64,000 bases of DNA from Lama glama (taxonomy: Eukaryota): assembly GCA_028534125.1 (NCBI GenBank), contig CM052817.1, positions 47,432,001-47,496,000 on the forward strand, given 5' to 3'. Numbering within the stretch: position 1 is the stretch's first letter; every line of letters begins with the position of its first letter. The position numbers and the translations under genes are program-made. The notes beneath the pieces are model-generated. The model had not been told where the DNA came from, made no database searches, and saw nothing but the letters and a program-made list of their open reading frames with translations. Of this stretch, positions 40,350 through 53,521 are shown piece by piece.

Positions 40350-42060
40350 AATAATTAAAAATTTTTATAATTATGAAACTTTCAAATTTCACTGTTTTTC
40401 TTGAAATCTACTTTATCTGATATTAGTAAAGCACTCAGCTATCTTATACTAACTTTATATATGCTGTCTCTTTTATGATACTTTTACTTTCAAACTGTCT
40501 TAGCGTATTGTTTGGTCTAGTTTTTTTTTTTTTTACTCATTTTTGTGATCTCTGCCTTTTGTTTGGAACATTTCATTTAATTATTTCATTTAATTATTGA
40601 TGTGGTTGGAGGTTGGTCTTCTGTTTTACTATTTCTGTTTGTCTTACCTGCTCTTTGTCTCTGTGTACCTCTTTTCTTCTCCTGGGTTAATTGAATATTT
40701 TATGTAATTTCATTTTAATTTATTATCTTCTTAGCTATATCATTTTACTTTTACTGGTTACTCAGGGATATATATGTGTGTGTGTATATATATATATATT
40801 TAAATGTTGAAGTGTACTTAGAGTTAACATTGTACCAGTTAATGTAAAATACAAGAACCCTGAAATCACACAGGCCCATTTACCACTCCTCTCTCCTTTA
40901 TGTTATAATTATAACATATTACCTCCATCTGTGTTATGAACGCCACCATTTGTTTTTTGTTGTTGTTGTTTTAAACATAAATGTTTAAAGATGAAGACTA
41001 AAAGTATTTTATATTTACTCACATAATTTATCTTTCTGGTGAACATTATTCTTTCCTAAATGTCTGTTATTACTTCTGTTCAGCTCCAAGAACTGTCTTT
41101 AGTATTTCTTGCAGATCTATCTTACACCTCAGTTTTTAATTCACTGAAAATATTTGTATCTTGCCTCCATTCGTGAGGGCTATTTTCAGTATTTTGCAAG
41201 TATTTCGAAAGTTGACAGTATTTTTCTTGTAGCACTTTGTGATGGTTATTCCACTGTTTTGGGACTTCCATTGTTTCAGTTAGACGTCAGAGATAATTTC
41301 ATACTATTTTTCTCCTAAATATATTATTTTTCTCTTACTGTTTTCAAGATCTATTATCTGTGGTTTTAGCAGTGTGACTATAACATGCCTACGTATGGTG
41401 TTATTACTGTGCTTGTTGAACTTTCAAATTTGTATCACTCACCAGATTTTGAAAAATTTTGGTCATAATTTATTAAAGTGATTTTTTGAATTATTTCTTG
41501 CTTCTTACTTTTTCTCATAATCCAGTTATATTTATGTTATACCTTTAGATAGTGTTTCAGAGATCACTGAAGCTTTTCTTTTTCAAATATTTTTCTCTTC
41601 ATTCTTCTTAGATATTTTCTGTTGGTCTGTCTTCAAGTTTACTGACTTCTTAATCTGTCGTCTCCAATCTATGTTAAGTCTATCCCCTTGATTTAAAAAA
41701 AATACTTTTGTCTTTTTAGTATTTAGTATTTTAGTATTTAGTATATTTCAGTTCTCTTTCATTTTTACTTGTTCATTCATTATGAATATGTTTGTCTTTA
41801 TATCATTAAGGAATGGTATAATTTTTGTTGTTTGATTTTAACATCTGACTCATCTCAGATTCAGTCTCAATTAATTGCATTCTATCTTGATTATGGATCA
41901 TGTTTTCCTATTTCTTTATGTATCTAGTAATTTGAGTGTATCTTGGACTTTTTGAAGGATACATTTTAGAGACTCTGAATTCTGTTACAGTCATCTAGAC
42001 AGTGTTAACTGCTATTTTTCTTTGTTTTAGACAAAGGATTTGACTGGAAGCAAATTCTGA
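40350..42060 (-). mobile_element. Old L1M fragment (endonuclease and upstream region)
   Basis: Antisense L1 motifs tcttgaaatctactttatctgatattagtaaagcactcagct and ttttcaagatctattatctgtggttttagcagtgtgactataacatgcctacgtatgg; T-rich. Confidence 0.7.
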
Positions 42061-44084
42061 AATGTAATCTCTCATTTCTTTTAGTTTTAGCTGACTGCAT
42101 ACAGTCTACCCTAAACACACATAGTTTAAGGGTCAGGCTGAAATTTGAGCAGAGTGCCTTTGTAGAATTTGGAGGTCACCATCTACAGCTTTCTATATTC
42201 TGAGATCAACCCCCACCCGCCACTTCCCAACCCCATCCCCATCCTTATCCCCACTCTTTAGGTGCTGTGGTGCCCAAATTCAGTACTTTTGTTCTTTGAG
42301 CTAGTAAAACTACAGGTTCTCATTTAAGTTTCAGTCATCCATGTTGATCGAACCTCAGAAAGAAAAGCCTTAAAATCAGGACTCACAATGTGCCATTCTA
42401 TTCTTCCAATTGTCAATTTCCTTCTAGTTTCTCCCTGCATTTGCAGGAAGTCAAGTGACTTCAGGAAGCTTTTTCTTCTACTTTGCCTAGTGTTTATAGT
42501 TAATTATAAGAGAGTTAATTGGATAGATACTACTCAGCCATACCAGAAGTGAACTGTTGTTATTTATTTGAAAGCATTTATAAGGAAGTTGTACCAACTA
42601 TAAAAAATACTGGGAAAAACATTTCTTCTTGAAACAGAAGAGCTTTTCTATTCACCGGATATGCTAAGGCAATAAACTTTGCTTCAGGAAAAGAGCTATT
42701 TGTCCAGCAGGAGATAATTTAAATAAACGTTAACCCATACTAAATTCTACTGAAAACCCCAGAGTATTTTAAAATAACTGCCTAAAAAGAAATATGTTAC
42801 TTGATGATAGATCTTCTTTGTATGTTACTTTATATTCAGACCTATAAGTTACATAGCATTATTTTTAGCATTTGCCAAATTAGGTGTTATAATTCTTTTG
42901 ATCCTTACCTATTTGGAATTGGGATTGATGGAGATAGGAGGGGAGAGTAGGAATATGCAACAGTGGATACCAGTTATGAAAGTGAAAAGTCTGAAGGTGT
43001 TCTACATGTCTGGGGGATATCTGAAAGAGTCTTAAAATGGTAAGATCAGGTAAAAGGTAAAAGACTGAACTGTAGAGAGGAATACACTGTTATGTGTCAA
43101 GAGGAAAGGAGTGGGGGTTGAGGCAGAGGGCAAAATCTCTTAAATGAGCCACAGTGATTTATACACACAATGTAGTGATATAAAGTTCTTGCAAGACTGG
43201 CTCATTAATGGAATTTCTTTACCTTGTTGAGAAGTGTCTCATGTGTGTTTGTGCACGAGTGCACACTTGGTGTGACAGGAGAGAGAGGAAGAGACAGAAC
43301 AAGACAGCGAGAAAGTGAAATAGTGTGTGCACATGTGCATTAAGAGATGTAGTTTACAAATAAAATTAATGAAAATAAAATAATGTAAAGTGCTGTATTA
43401 GTTTTTCATTAATTTATATTTTATATTTTGCTTTCATTAATCTATGGAAGATCATTTTAATTGTACTCAGAGCAATCGCTTTATCTTTTTTTTTGCTTCT
43501 GCCAAGTCTTTATAAAGTTACTTGTCAGGAGCTTGACTATTCTGTGAAAGTAATCTTCTAAAACAGAATATTATTCCTTAAACATTTTTTAACAACTAAA
43601 ATTAACTTTTAAGAGGCAATTATTATTTACTGTCTCTCCTGGAATTTAAAAGTTATAATAATTTATTAATTGGTGGTTGAAGATACAGAAAAATATATTT
43701 GAATGTGATATTGAATATATTTTAATATGATGTCAACCAAATTGTCCTACGGCTTCCAAATTTCAGTGTAAGAATCTAATCAAGTAGCTTTCAGTCATTA
43801 ATATGCAGCAAACTGGTCCACAGCTTTTTGTACAAAATACAAATTCTTGGGTTCCATCCCAAAATATTCTTATTTAATAATTCTGGGATATTTCCTAAGC
43901 ATCTGTTTTGTTAAAACATTGTATGGGATTCTTGCTCTACAGCTAGGCTAAGAATGACTGGTATATCCTTTAATCCCAACTCAGATTTAGGGCTCCCCAG
44001 GATAATTGTGAATGGAAATTAAGGGAGGAGAGGAATTTCTGAGTGGTTTTACAAGTTAGATCTGTGACTTCCCAGGCATTTAAT

Positions 44085-47000
44085 CCTAGGGTTATTTGCC
44101 TGCAAACAACAGAATATAGCTGTAATAACTTAAGCGAAGAAAACAGGAATTAATTGAAAATCCTGTGTGGTTCAAAGAATCAAAGAACTGAACACATAAG
44201 TAAGTGTTAGACTTACAAGAATGAGGCAACTTTGAGACATTCATTTGCAGAGTCATTGAGGTGCTCTCTGAGTGCTGTTGTTGGATGAGTCAGTTCCATC
44301 ACCTTCAGTCGCTTTAAGTCTCTTCTAAGGATTAAATTGTAAAAATGGAATCTGGTTCTTAGCAAAGGTCCTGTGATTGGCAGTTTGTCAAAGTTGCCTT
44401 CATATATGCTAAGCATAGGAAAATTAGTAGATTCTGCCTTTTGATTCCAAGGCCCCTCTTCCCACCATATATACAATTCTGAAAATTCCCCTACCTAATA
44501 TAAATGTGGAATTCCCTGAACATAGATACAAGTACTCTTGTATCCCAATGGAAGAGATCCTAAAATCATACCTGTTAAGGAGTCACTGTTCTTCAGTCTA
44601 GGTGATAGCTATTTTTCCTCCAGGTTTGTTATATTATTATCTAAATATTCTGTAACCTATAAACCAAATGGTAAATATAGATACCCCTTTACTCACTATA
44701 TAAGTGAGAAAAATTACAGAAGTATATATTTGTAGTATTGCAAGCTTGTTTTCTTCAAGTGGCTTCTGGGTCAAAACTTACATTTATAGTTTCTTTTATT
44801 CACTCTGTATTCTCCTTGTATTCACCAAGCATCTTAGCCATTGAGGAATTTAAAATAACGTGGGCATTCAGTTTCAACTGCCCATACAATGAAACTATTG
44901 TGTTTCCTGACAAAATATTCTTTTTTGTGTTATTAAAAAAATCAAAATCAGTAGTACTCAGAATCACAGAGTTAGGGGGAAACTGGTATTTAGTCACTGA
45001 GGTGTCATTTTTAAAGTTTCAACTCCTTGGTTCATGAACCTTGTATTCTGGCATTTGTTGAAACAGTCACTAGTTCATAGCATAAAATAGACAAGAGATT
45101 AACTCAATCTCACAAAGTTTTATTTCCCAAATAGAGCTTTTTAAAAGGCATTCTTTTGGGTACATAGAGGGGAAAAAGTATGAATCTTAAATGTTAACCT
45201 ATTGCCTTGTTCTTTTGCTTGAATTGAACTTGGGTGTTGGAGGAATTATTATGTAAGATAACATAATGGTTGTGTAAGGAATTTAGATATGATAAGGGAC
45301 ACTTATGTTAAGCAATAAAAGTAGATCTAAATCCCAAATAAGCTTCTGTTTCAGTGAGAACAATTGCTAAATCTTCCACAGTGAAATTAGATGGAATAGG
45401 CATTCTGACTGGCCCTTTTAATATGATGCTTTCCCTTTGCCATGGCACTTACATGTACTGTAATTGGGTTACTGGTGTGCTGTTATAATGATTACCCCCA
45501 ACCTTTGGCACTAAGTATTCTTGTCTGTTTGCTCTAGCATGCCATACAGGTTTTATCATTAACTATGTGTGCTGTGATGTGAAAAAGGTTATGAGGGTAT
45601 CTTCCGTCAATGTATGGCATCATAGTGGGGATGGCTCCTGTGTCTGGCAAACTGAACCATCAGCAGTGGAGAGATTCAGGCCAGACTTGAAGAGGTTAAG
45701 TTCATGTTGTTGATCCAATGTCTTATTCACTGCCAAGCTGGCTGGGCAAGGAGAATCACTGACATGTACAGGAGGAGTTATCTTGTCCATCCGATTGAGA
45801 AGTTTTTCTGTAGGAAATGTCTAGTGATGATTTATAGGGGATACAGAAATTTTCAGATTATGGTTACATTCCAAAAATTCTATCCCAACTTTTCCTTTAA
45901 ACTTCTTGGTCACCAAAATTCCAATTTTATTTTTTCCCATGACTCTGGTTACTTAGGTAGATAACCCAGGAATTGACAAGTAGATCCTAACCTTGGACTG
46001 TTTATCCTCCCACACAAAGTCACAAATGCTGCATAGTGATTAAATTCAGCTGACTCTGAATTATCATTCTTCATTGTTTTTTTACTCTGGCTTTGAATGG
46101 GCCTCTAACACTTCCACAGTCCACTTCAGCATAATCTCTGTATATCTTGCTGAAGTATCAAGACAGACTAGAAGTTTTTCATCTTTAGTTGATTAGTAAA
46201 GAGGAACTCCCAGGAGCATATTAGTGTGAGTTAGGGGAGAGGGAGAAAAGTGTTAGGAACAGGCACACATGCGGGGTCATGTGAACAAAATGATCAACAA
46301 TTTGTGCCTTCAAGACCTGACCGCATATAATGATCAATTTTGTTGAGTGATGGAGTTGGACTGCTGTTGGATATGCCTGTCAAAATAGCAAATTAATTAG
46401 ATAACACTCAATTCAGGAAGAATAGATTGCATGGTTACCTGGCATCCCATGGTCAGACATTCAGTATCGCCAGCGAGCAGCAGGATTGGAGAAGCTATTT
46501 TCTTAAAAAAGAAAGTTTTTCGCTTGTGTGTTCTTGGCCTTATTACTATACCATAAAACACCCAAAGGCTCTGCTGTGATTCTCTTACTGAAACTGACCA
46601 CAGTCTTTATATGGCACCCCAGTCTGTGCGGGTTCTTCATATTCTATTTGGTTGTCTGATCACAGTGACTAAGAATAGAGCAACTTGCACTGTGCCTTGG
46701 GCAAGCAAGAGAACCCCCCTTTTTTGCCCTGGGCCCCTCAAAACCGGCAGCTTTTAAAAATAATGTGGAGAATGGGTCAGTAATAAATGTGACTTCCAAA
46801 GTCAGAATGGCTGAGAAGGTGTTCTTACTTCTCAGTGGTTGAGTATTCCATAGATAACAACTTGTCCTTCTCTATGGAAGAAATATGCTGACATGCTCTA
46901 AACCAGTGAGTCCTTAAAAACAACTGAGGTAGCAAGGTCATGTATTTCTGTGGGATTTATTTCTAGTCTCTGCCACACATTTGTTTTATAAAGTCATCTG

Positions 47001-47860
47001 TGGTAACTGCTGCTTCTTGCTCTCTAGAAGCTGTCAGGAATATGAATTCAGTATTGTAGACTAGAAGGGTGCGCTGTGGGATTGTGTGAGACAGATTTGT
47101 TAGATTCCTGAGGCAGAATGACAGGTATACTGCTGGCCCTGCCCAGTAAAGACAGTTTGCTAGTGGTGTTCTTGTCTTAACAGAATAGTGGGGAAAAAGC
47201 AGTCCACTTATCAGATGAAACCTGCATTATGCGAAGCAGGCTTTGTTAATTTGATCAGGTCAGCAAACAATATCTGGAACAGCAGCTATAATTATAATCA
47301 CCACTTTATCACTTTTATAAAAACCCACTATCATTCTTTAAATCCCATCTGCCTTTTGCACTTACCCAAAGTGAAGTGTTAAATGGAGAAGTGACAGGAA
47401 TCATCACTCTTGAATCCTTTAGGTCTTTGAGTTTATCATTTTCTCTGAATGGCTCAATAGGAGCTGTTTTTAAGAAGTCAGCGCCTCAATGGCTTCTACC
47501 AGTCTTCTGTATCATAATAGTTTTTGTACCACAGTCAGGGAACTCATTTGGGAGTCTGAGTATTCTGATGACTTCTTAGGATATGCATTTCAATATATCC
47601 TTAGAATATTGTAAATATCTATAGAAAGTTCTTGGGTATCCACTGGTCCTACAGTAAAACGTATTCAGGTTAGAATCACTTACATACTCTTTGATTGACA
47701 CAAAGGCCTTCTGTGTCCTCACCAACTATTACTGTTTTATAGTAACGTGCTCTGTTGATTGTTTCCATCCCCACTGATCCAGAATATATATGATGGTTGA
47801 GAAGGCATGAGGAGGAAAAGGATTTGGGCAGATAAAAACAATGGTTATCCATTGAACAAC
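44085..47860 (-). mobile_element. Decayed ERVL/MaLR provirus: MLT1K/J-like LTR at about 44085-44480, internal pol remnant (RT, RNase H, integrase N-terminus), possible second LTR remnant at about 47730-47860
   Basis: Minus-strand manual translation gives KDLKDSRVMIPVTSPFNTSLW (47365-47431) and IAAVPDIV..DQIN and GQGQQYT (RT), then TECLTMGCQVTM, then DTSARYTEIMLKWT (RNase H, about 46100-46210), then NRMDKITPPVHVSDSPCPA (about 45740-45800). These are collinear with recalled HERV-L Pol and carry many stops and frameshifts. Confidence 0.88.
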
Positions 47861-47869
47861 CTGACTGGG

Positions 47870-48140
47870 GGATGATGCTAATGATAATACTAATAATGTA
47901 AGTAATAATGACATGTGAATACCACTTTATACTATATGATATGCATTATCTCATTTGATCTTTATAAGAATCTTATGAAGATTTTCGTTAGTATCACAAT
48001 GATTATCACCACTTTTATTGTGGAAACTGAAGTGAATAATGATACCATAGATTCTCAGAATTTCAGAATAGATAATTGGTATATGCAGAACTCGAATCCC
48101 ATATTTGTGATTAAAAACTAAATGCTGTTTTCAGTCTATC
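47870..48140 (-). mobile_element. MIR SINE
   Basis: atgcattatctcatttgatctttataagaatcttatgaag ... ttttattgtggaaactgaag ... gcagaactcgaatccca. Confidence 0.65.
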
Positions 48141-48443
48141 ATATATTCTAGACTATCGACTCCATGACTGATTTGAACTTATTTCTTACAAAATCATGGA
48201 ATGTGAGCAAGGAAAGAAATTTTGATGACTGGGTGATCTCTAAATGATTTATCTGGTCCACAGGTTTATTAGGCATTTTCATTTACCTGCATAACTACTT
48301 GTACAAGAGAAGTTACTTGCCATAAGTCCAGTATGTGAAGGGGATGGAAGTGAGCTGTGCCATGAGGGTCTCAGCCACTGGCTTGCCTTGCCCCTGTGGC
48401 CTCTGGAAAGAGATTCATTCAGGATCACTGGTTGGATAGCTAG

Positions 48444-48910
48444 TGTGGTAAGAAGGATATTAAGATGGCCCCAGGATTTCCACCCATTGGTATATATTCC
48501 CTGTATAATCCTCTCCCCTTGAATGAGATCAGAACCTGTGAATGATGGCATATCAAAAGGCAATGATTCTGCGTGGGCTTGACCTCAGTAGAGAACCTTG
48601 TTAGGAGCAGGTGAAGTGTTAGAGAGCTGTGCTCCTGCTAGCCTTGGAGAAAATAAGAAGCTATGTAGTGAACTGCCTGTGCCGCCTTGTGACAAGACAT
48701 TAAGCTGAAGCCACCTAGGCTTACAGTCAGCAAGAAAACTGTCATATAGCCACAAGGAAGTGTAGTATGCCAACAACCCAGACTTTGGAAGAGAACCCCA
48801 AAGTTTAGATGAGGACCTCAGCATGGCTGCTGACATCTTGATTTCAGGTTTGTGCAAACCTGAAAAAACAAAACAGTTGAGTCCTGTTCAGACTCTGACC
48901 TATAAGAACA
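48444..48910 (+). mobile_element. MaLR solo LTR (MLT1E/F-like)
   Basis: tgtggtaagaaggatattaagatggccccaggatttccaccca...ataatcctctccccttgaatg...cagtcagcaagaaaac...tagccacaaggaag...gacatcttgatttcag. Confidence 0.8.
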
Positions 48911-49134
48911 GTTCTGCCATGGCTCAAGGTGGCAGAGCTGCTGGCAATGGAAGTATGTCACATCAGATGGCAACTTGGAATACTGCTAGGTTGACATAGC
49001 TTTAGAAAAGGCTGGAACAGAGAGGCAGGTGGATATCAGTCATGCTCTGTGAGTGCTGTGGCCTTTCTCTTTAGTAATCTAGGTAGGCCTTTCTAAACTG
49101 ATGTTTCAGATCTGGAAAGAATGTAAAAACAAAC

Positions 49135-49245
49135 ATATACATATACATATATATACACACACATATATATATGTGTAACTAAATCACTTTGCTGTATACC
49201 TGAAACTAACATTGTAAAGCAACAGCACGTCAATAAATTTTTTTT
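49135..49245 (+). mobile_element. Very short L1 3' tip in sense orientation
   Basis: atatgtgtaactaaatcactttgctgtatacctgaaactaacattgtaaagcaac...caataaa, with AATAAA at 49232-49237. Confidence 0.75.
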
Positions 49246-49603
49246 AACTTATATTTCTGAGCAGGCTTTGACAATACCCAAGTGGAGTTATTCTGCAAGA
49301 ATATATAATCTTAAATCCTTTTCCCCTTTTGATAGTTCTCTAGTGTCCTAAAACTTCTTATATGAATTCACATGGAATAAAGAAACAGAGGAAGAACCAA
49401 ATATGCTCATACAGTATCTTTTAATTAACAAAATGTGGGCATTTGGTCATTCAAAGACACCATCCTCGGCAGTGCAGTGTAAGAAAAATATGAAGCATTT
49501 TGTATCTTCAAAGGAGGTACTGGCTTTATTCAACACCTCTGGCTGGTGAACCTTGGAGGCAGTAACATACTCATTTTTCAGATGAGGAAATGTACCCTTA
49601 GAA

Positions 49604-49777
49604 CAGAGATTCTCAAAATCAACAACATCAGCCTTACCTAGAAACTAGTTAGAAATGCACGTTTCAGGCCCCCGACCAAGACCTATGGATCAGAAACTAT
49701 GGGGTTGGGACCAAGCGGTCTGTGGTTAACAAGCCCTCCAGGCAGCTATAATGCACTCTCGTGTTTGGGACACACTG
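49604..49777. mobile_element. hAT-Charlie MITE (MER5A-like) inserted in a MIR
   Basis: cagagattctcaaa ... gttagaaatgcac ... ttaacaagccctccagg ... tttgggacacactg. 8-bp TSD-like flanks ccttagaa / tcttagag. Confidence 0.85.
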
Positions 49778-50310
49778 TCTTAGAGGGTCAGTGACTCAGG
49801 CCTTCAGTGATGTTCAGTCCGGGCTCAGAGCCAGGGCCTTCTCCACCTTACCCTTCTGCCTCCACAGTAGCAGGTATTTGTCGAATGTCCAAGGTAATTT
49901 GGAATAATTATGTGTAGTCTGTGTTGGGGTTAACACTAGATGCTGTCTTGATAATATCCTCAAATTATAGGAGCTGTCCAATTTAAACATAAAGCAGAGA
50001 CAAAGATGAAAAAACAACTGCTGTATCCTGCTACTTCCATGCATGTAAATACCTTTTTTTCCCCCTGTATGTGACATTGTGAATGAAATTTTTCTAATTT
50101 CAAACATTTACCCTTTTGTGTTTTACTTATATTTAACAGTATATGGCACTTAAATATAACCTGTTACGTTTATTTGAGCATACGTATTTAAACTTTCAGA
50201 CTCTAATGGATATTACCTAATGATCCTCTTTTGATATTCATCTTAAATTTACCTCTCTTGTATTTCTATTGCTGCCATATCTGGTGTGTAGCATTTTGCC
50301 CCTTTTCTTC

Positions 50311-50856
50311 TTTTTTCTAAGTAATTAATTAATTAATTTTTAAATTGAAGTATAGTCAGTTATAATGTGTCAGTTTCTGGAGTACAGCATAATGTTGCAG
50401 TCATACATATATATACATATATTTGTTTTCATATTCTTTTTGTTAAAGGTTATTACAAGATGTTGAACATAGTTCCCTGTGCTATACAGGAGAAATTTGT
50501 TTTTCTTATCTATTTTTATATATAGTAGTTAGTATTTGCAAATCTCAAACTCCCGAATCTATCCCTTCCCACCCCCTTTCCTCTGGTAACCATAAGATTG
50601 TTTACTATGTCTGAGAGTCTGTTTCTGTTCTGTAAATGAGTTCATTAGTGTCTTCTTTTTTCTTTTTTTAGATTCCACATATGAGTGATATCACATGGTG
50701 TTTTTCTTTCTCTTTCTGGCTTACTTCACTTAGAATGATGATCTCCAGGTCCATCCATGTTGCTGCAAATGGCATTACTTTATTCTTTTCATGGCCAAGT
50801 AGTACTCCATTGTGTAAATACACCACAGCATCTTTACCCAGGCCTCTGTCGATGGA
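50311..50856 (-). mobile_element. Young 5'-truncated L1
   Basis: ORF 50668-50880(-) contains NKVMPFAATWMDLEIIILSEVSQKEKEK. Imperfect TSD gccc(c)tt(t/c)ttctt on both sides. Confidence 0.92.
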
Positions 50857-51129
50857 GCCCTTCTTCTTCATCTTGTACATTGATATCTAGCTTTGCAGCC
50901 TTCCCCTTTGTCTCTGGTATTTGCCTCTGTAGGATTTTATGCCACATAACGTCCTGATTATAGCTCTGGGCCCTTCCTTAATTTCTTTTTTTGGAGGTAC
51001 AAAGAGACTCTTGGCAAAATTCATGATAAGAGTAATTACTTTCCCTCTGTCAAAATTTCAGAGTTTTTCCCCACCCACTAAAAGTACATCCCTTTTCATG
51101 GACACAGATCTTTAGTCTGTCATGCAAGT

Positions 51130-51450
51130 TCCTGCCTGGTATGATCCACTGCCTAATTATTATTCTTTAGATCCTGGCTAAATGTCACTTTGGGGGAAGG
51201 CTTTCCTGACCCTGCAGACTAGGTCAGGTCAATCATCATACGCCCTGGGAGTGCCAGGTACTTTCTCTTCCCAGCACTCATTACAGTCTTTAATCACGTA
51301 TCTATGCACTTACTTGTTCAAGCTCCGTCTTTTCCATTAAAGCTCTTGAAGGGCCAAGAATCTTTCTGCTTTACTTATCATTTACTTCTTAACACCTGGC
51401 AGAGTGCTGGGCACGTAGTAGGTACTTAGGAAATATTTGTGGAATTGAAT
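51130..51450 (+). mobile_element. L2 3' end
   Basis: aaatgtcactttgggggaaggctttcctgacc ... cacctggcagagtgctgggcacgtagtaggtacttaggaaatatttgtggaattgaatg. Confidence 0.75.
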
Positions 51451-52856
51451 GGACTGAACTCCCAGAAATACATTGGCTGCTTGGGGGCAATTCATTGTGC
51501 TAAAGTCGAGTTTGCTGGACCGATTTGCTAACACACGGGGATGAAACAAAGTATTTACTCAGAATCACCAGAAACCAGTTACTGAGTCACAGTTGTGGGA
51601 CAGAGAGTCAGTGCCTCGCCCAAGATCTGAAGGGTGAGATAAGCTAGAAATAGAAGAAATGGAAGAATTGGTAATAAAATAGATAGCCAGGAAGGCCTAG
51701 GTCAATAAGAAATATCGTGGGAGGAGACATTCTCGGAACCAAGACTGCAAACAGCAATTTTCTGTGTAGTAACCTGTGAGATCTGGGAAGCATTTCTGAA
51801 GACAATAGTGAAGAATCAGAACACTAAAGCTTAGGTAGTGGCTTTTGGGATTTCTTAGAAATACCTACTTTCATTTAGAGGTAGTAATTGCTTATATCAA
51901 GGGCAAGAGGTTTAAAGGATTCTAATCACTAGAATTCAGGGTGCTAGTGAGAGTATTTCTTTGCTAGCCCTTTCTGTTGTCATTTTTTTGATGTCATAGT
52001 AACAGCTTCCAAATTTAAAAATAAATTCCTTTCACAGCATTTTAAACCAAGCAACTATGCAAAAATATAATCAGTCACCTCATTCTCTTGAAATATATAA
52101 CTGAAATAGCAATAAATAATTCACCAATGTGGACAGGATGGAAGAAACAGAAGTGGAAGAAAATTTAGTGTAAGGAAAAAATATAAAAATCTATTTATAG
52201 AAACGTTTATTTTCATATTGCCTAGTTAATAATTAGTGACATCTTTTACTTTCTTCTATTTATAACTTTCTTCTCCCTTCTGCCACATAAAATTATCCAA
52301 TTTTAAATAATTCATATGTATAATAATTCTAGTGCAGTCCTGAAGGAGATAATCCCTTGTGACTGGTTTTCTTTGCTTCTAGGTTAGTCGCTTAATGCTA
52401 AAAACAACTCTTGGCTTGGATGATTCAAAGCATAGCTAGGAAATAATAATAAAAAATTCTATACCAGAAAAAGGAAGCTATTTCCAAACATGTTAAACAA
52501 GTAGTCTACCTCTCAGTTTTTTTAATTAAATAAATACATATTTTTAATTTTGTCACAATGGAAAATATATAGAATGACATTTGCAGGTTTTCTTCATACT
52601 GCTAACATAGTCATAAGCTTTGAAACCATTTGTTTTTTAGATTCATTGTAGCACATAATCTGTTGGGAAGTGCAGAAAGAGGCAATATGCTTATTCTAGC
52701 ATATTCTGCATTAAGCTGTGGAGAGGATTGTTAGTCTTTACATGAATGTCCCATAGCACTTTATATTTTTCTGGAAGCCCTGCTCCCAGATCAAGACCTA
52801 GAACATTGCTAGTATCCCATACACTTCCCTTCACTATTTTAACTTAAAATATTATA

Positions 52857-53521
52857 CATATGATCCAGTGATCCCACTCCTGGGCATATATCTGGAGGGA
52901 ACTCTAATTAGAAAAGATACATGCACCCCAGTGTTCATAACAGCACTGTATACAATAGTTACAATAGCCAAGACATGGAAACAACCTAAATGTCCATCCA
53001 CAGATGACTGGATAGAGAAGCTATGGTGTATTTATACAATGGAATATTAGTCAGCCATAAAAATAATTAAATAATCCATTTGCAGAAACATGGATGGACC
53101 TGGAGATCATCATGCTAAGTAAAGTAAGCCAGAAAGAGAAAGAAAAATACCATATGATATCACTCATATGTGGAATCTAAAAAAAAAAGAGGACATTAAT
53201 GAACTCACCTACAAAATAGAAAGAGACTCATAGACATAGTAAACAATCTTATGATTACCAGGGGGAAGGGGGTGGGAAGTGATAAATTTGGGAATTTGAA
53301 ATTTGCAAATGTTAACCTCTAAATATAAAGATAGATTAAAAAAAACCAAATTTCTTCTGTATAGCACAGGAAATTATACTCAGTGTCTTGTAATAAACTT
53401 TAATGAAAAAGAATATGAAAATGAATATATGTATGTGTATATGTGTGTGTGTGTATGACTGGGACATTACACTGTACACCAGAAATTGGACACATTTTAA
53501 CTGACTATACTTCAGTAAAAC
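52857..53521 (+). mobile_element. Young 5'-truncated L1 in sense orientation, inserted in an old L1M
   Basis: ORF 52868-53050 is the ORF2p C-terminus (IPLLGIYLEGTLIRKDTCTPVF...WKQPKCPSTDDWI). TSD aaata(t/c)tata at 52847-52856 and 53522-53531. Confidence 0.93.
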
